A DNA stretch of 64,000 bases. It comes from Antedon mediterranea (Eukaryota; Animalia; Echinodermata). The stretch covers positions 14,756,001 to 14,820,000 of the forward strand of contig NC_092674.1 in NCBI RefSeq assembly GCF_964355755.1, in the 5' to 3' direction. Under the pieces are notes generated by a model. It had not been told where the DNA came from. It ran no database searches and saw only the letters and a program-made list of their open reading frames with translations. Below, one piece after another: positions 61,521-64,000 of the stretch. Positions within the stretch are counted from its first letter, which is position 1. Every line of letters begins with the position of its first letter. A program made the translations under genes and the position numbers.

Positions 61521-62988
61521 GGGCGCGTTTATACAACACGCTATTACACGCATATTCTACACGCCTACGAAAAGTGTGTTGTATAACAACGAAGAGATTC
61601 CGTGTAATGAGATTTTAATTGCAAAAAAGGCTACTTGGCTGAATCCTAAAATTTGGTGGATTCCCGGTCGCCGTTACCGTGTTGGAAGTGTCCTCAGGGT
61701 ATATTTTGACCTCTCGTTAAAACAGGTCGTAATATCAATCATTGCTAACAAGATTGGGCCCATTTATTGCTGCTTCGCTGCCAGCAATCATCCTCCTACC
61801 ACGTCTTACGCCTAGCCTAGTGGGGCCAACTCGTAGTGGTAGTAGGCCTCTATCGTTTCCCACTCCAAACAGAATAAAAAAAATAACATCGCAAAAATGG
61901 CATCTTCTTCCATAGTGTCGGGCATAGTGTATAGATGAAACAATGAAACCCTTAAAATAACTTTTATTAATTTAAATGAACCGAGAACAAAATAAACAAC
62001 AATGCAAACGTGAACGAATACAATATAATGAAAATGGTAAAAACCGCGCGAATACATCGGACAGCGAGGAGGCGACGATAGATAGATAAGATAAATTTAT
62101 TGAACGAACGCTTTTGTATCAGCGGCACACGTTTATAAGACGGTGCGTTCATTTACAAGGCAATGTAAAAACAAAAAGAAAAGTATCAAAAAATAACATT
62201 TAAGTCTTAACTAAGAAGCGAATTATACAAGTAAAAACAAGGTAATCTTACATATCGAACAATACTTAACCTATATGATGGAGTTAATGTTATTATCTAT
62301 TTATTATCAGTATTATTAATATTTTCAAGTTTTAAGTGAATATATTATCATTATTATTACTAAAAAAAAATATATATATATATATATATAATTGCTAATT
62401 GATTTATTATACTGTTATTATTAAAATAAATGCAACTTTTATATGATTATTTGTTCTTATTATATTTAATATTAATAGTTATTTGTAATTTAATTAAATG
62501 TGATACAATTTTTATTATACTATTTAGTCTTATTTTTAGTACTGTATTATTTATTTATTTTATTTAGATTTAGGTTACATTATATAATTTTGAAGAAAAA
62601 AAAAATATATAAAAATATAATATATTATTGAATTAGATAAATGGTAAAATAATGTTAGTAGATAATATGGTGGGCGGTAAATATTTATATATTATATATT
62701 AAGTGTAGTCTTTCTATGTCTCCATGCAGCAGTTAAGTATTGTTTACAGTGATAGTCTACAATTTCACCGATTCTCTCAATGATTGTTGACAACTCAGAC
62801 AATTCAAGCGCGATCAACGATTTGACCTTTTATCCTAGCATGCACTGCGTGTTGATGAAACTTCCGGTATAACACGGTATCGTGATTTCTAGTATAACAG
62901 CAAACGTTAAGGTGGGTTGACCTCGTTCCGAACAACACGCTAAAAATTAAAGCCGTGTTCAAATTTAGGGTGTTGTATAAACACGACC
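61521..62988. mobile_element. Harbinger-like non-autonomous element
   Basis: TIRs GGGCGCGTTTATACAACAC / GTGTTGTATAAACACGACC, flanked by TAA/TAG. Confidence 0.7.
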
Positions 62989-63499
62989 TAGATAACATAT
63001 TGATCATTTTCAAGAATGATATTCAAATACATTTCCTATTAAAAGATTATTCTTGAAGGTTTGCATGGTGAAGAATAATATGTATTTTATGCGCTAGTTT
63101 TATTTTTTGTAGTATTTTAAATCGACTTTTTAGGATTTTATATGTATATTTTGTATGGCTTTTTTTATCGTATTTTATATTTTATGTACTGTATCCATTT
63201 TATATTTGTATGTACTGTACTTTTGAAAAGGCCAACAGAGTTTCCCCATGGGGATAATAAAGTTTTAATTGAATTGAATTGAATAATAATAATAATCATC
63301 CTATTAAATAAATGCTTGCAAAGTCAATGGCTTTTTATTGAATTTACCTTTTTATTAAAGAGAAAACATTTTTTGCATCTGCAAAATTGCGTATTTAAAA
63401 AATAAATAAAATATTCATTGTTCATGTTTTTGGGTGACAATACTGTACATCTTTATAATAAAGCACATAATAATATTATTACAGTAGAAAAGAAATCCT

Positions 63500-64000
63500 A
63501 TAATACAAACATAACACCAGAGCTAATGAATTTAGAAAGTAGTTCCAGCTTACTAGACAGAGAGCAGTAGCTGACCTTGCTTAAGCAATAAACTTCCTAA
63601 TCTAAACAAGCTATTATCGTAATCCAATTAAAATGCAATTAACAGTCCTAGACCTTAATCCCTAAAATGATGGTCAGAAATCAGCAAAATTGGTAAAGGG
63701 AAGGAACACCTCATGCTGCCAAACAGTACAAAGGTGCTGTGCAGATTAGCTTAAAAATTGGCCAAAGAGGAGTCATTAAAAAGAAAATTTCCCTTGGCTG
63801 TCAGTCGGACAATGATTAAGTATCCGGATATTGGAAAAGTCATGGAAGAATTTGTTCATGATAATTTAGTTAGCGCCGATGCCTGGCGACGAACTGGTGT
63901 ATTCACGTTTGATGGCAATTTAAAGGGAGGAAAGAAAGTTACTTATAAACAGTTATTGGAATTTCTAGAAGAAAAGTACCAAGATAAGTTTGCATAATGG
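63500..64000 (+). pseudogene. Uncharacterised transposase-like remnant (possibly Zator-related), runs off the window
   Basis: YPDIGKVMEEFV...ADAWRRTGVFTFDGN...KVTYKQLLEFLEEKY, with stops upstream and downstream. Confidence 0.5.

Overview
AT-rich eukaryotic DNA, probably from a marine invertebrate (inferred from the TE repertoire and spliceosomal GT-AG introns inside TE genes). It is almost entirely a nest of decayed transposable elements, and I find no intact host gene. DNA transposons: three PIF/Harbinger elements, two Academ-type remnants, a Merlin, a pogo/Tigger, a hAT-like and a Chapaev-like transposase, two poorly classified transposase-like remnants, and several MITEs with clean TIRs/TSDs. 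Retroelements: two Penelope 3' ends (one with a degenerate hammerhead motif), Rex1/Babar, RTE, RTE-X, L2-like and CR1-group LINE fragments, a BEL fragment, two DIRS-like gag fragments, three solo-LTR-like insertions, a 2-kb non-autonomous LTR element and a 5S+tRNA-headed SINE. Several minisatellites are also present. Best candidates for a second look: (1) a tRNA-Asp(ATC)-like module in mirrored copies around a (TA)n tract; (2) the pol-less LTR element, which carries a Zn-finger-like ORF and has asymmetrically diverged LTRs; (3) a five-exon tandem OB-fold pseudogene; (4) antisense-interleaved transposase/MADF genes in two Harbingers; (5) AGGCCTAG clusters in first introns. All family assignments are by motif recognition by eye, with no database searches, so no novelty claim here is verified.
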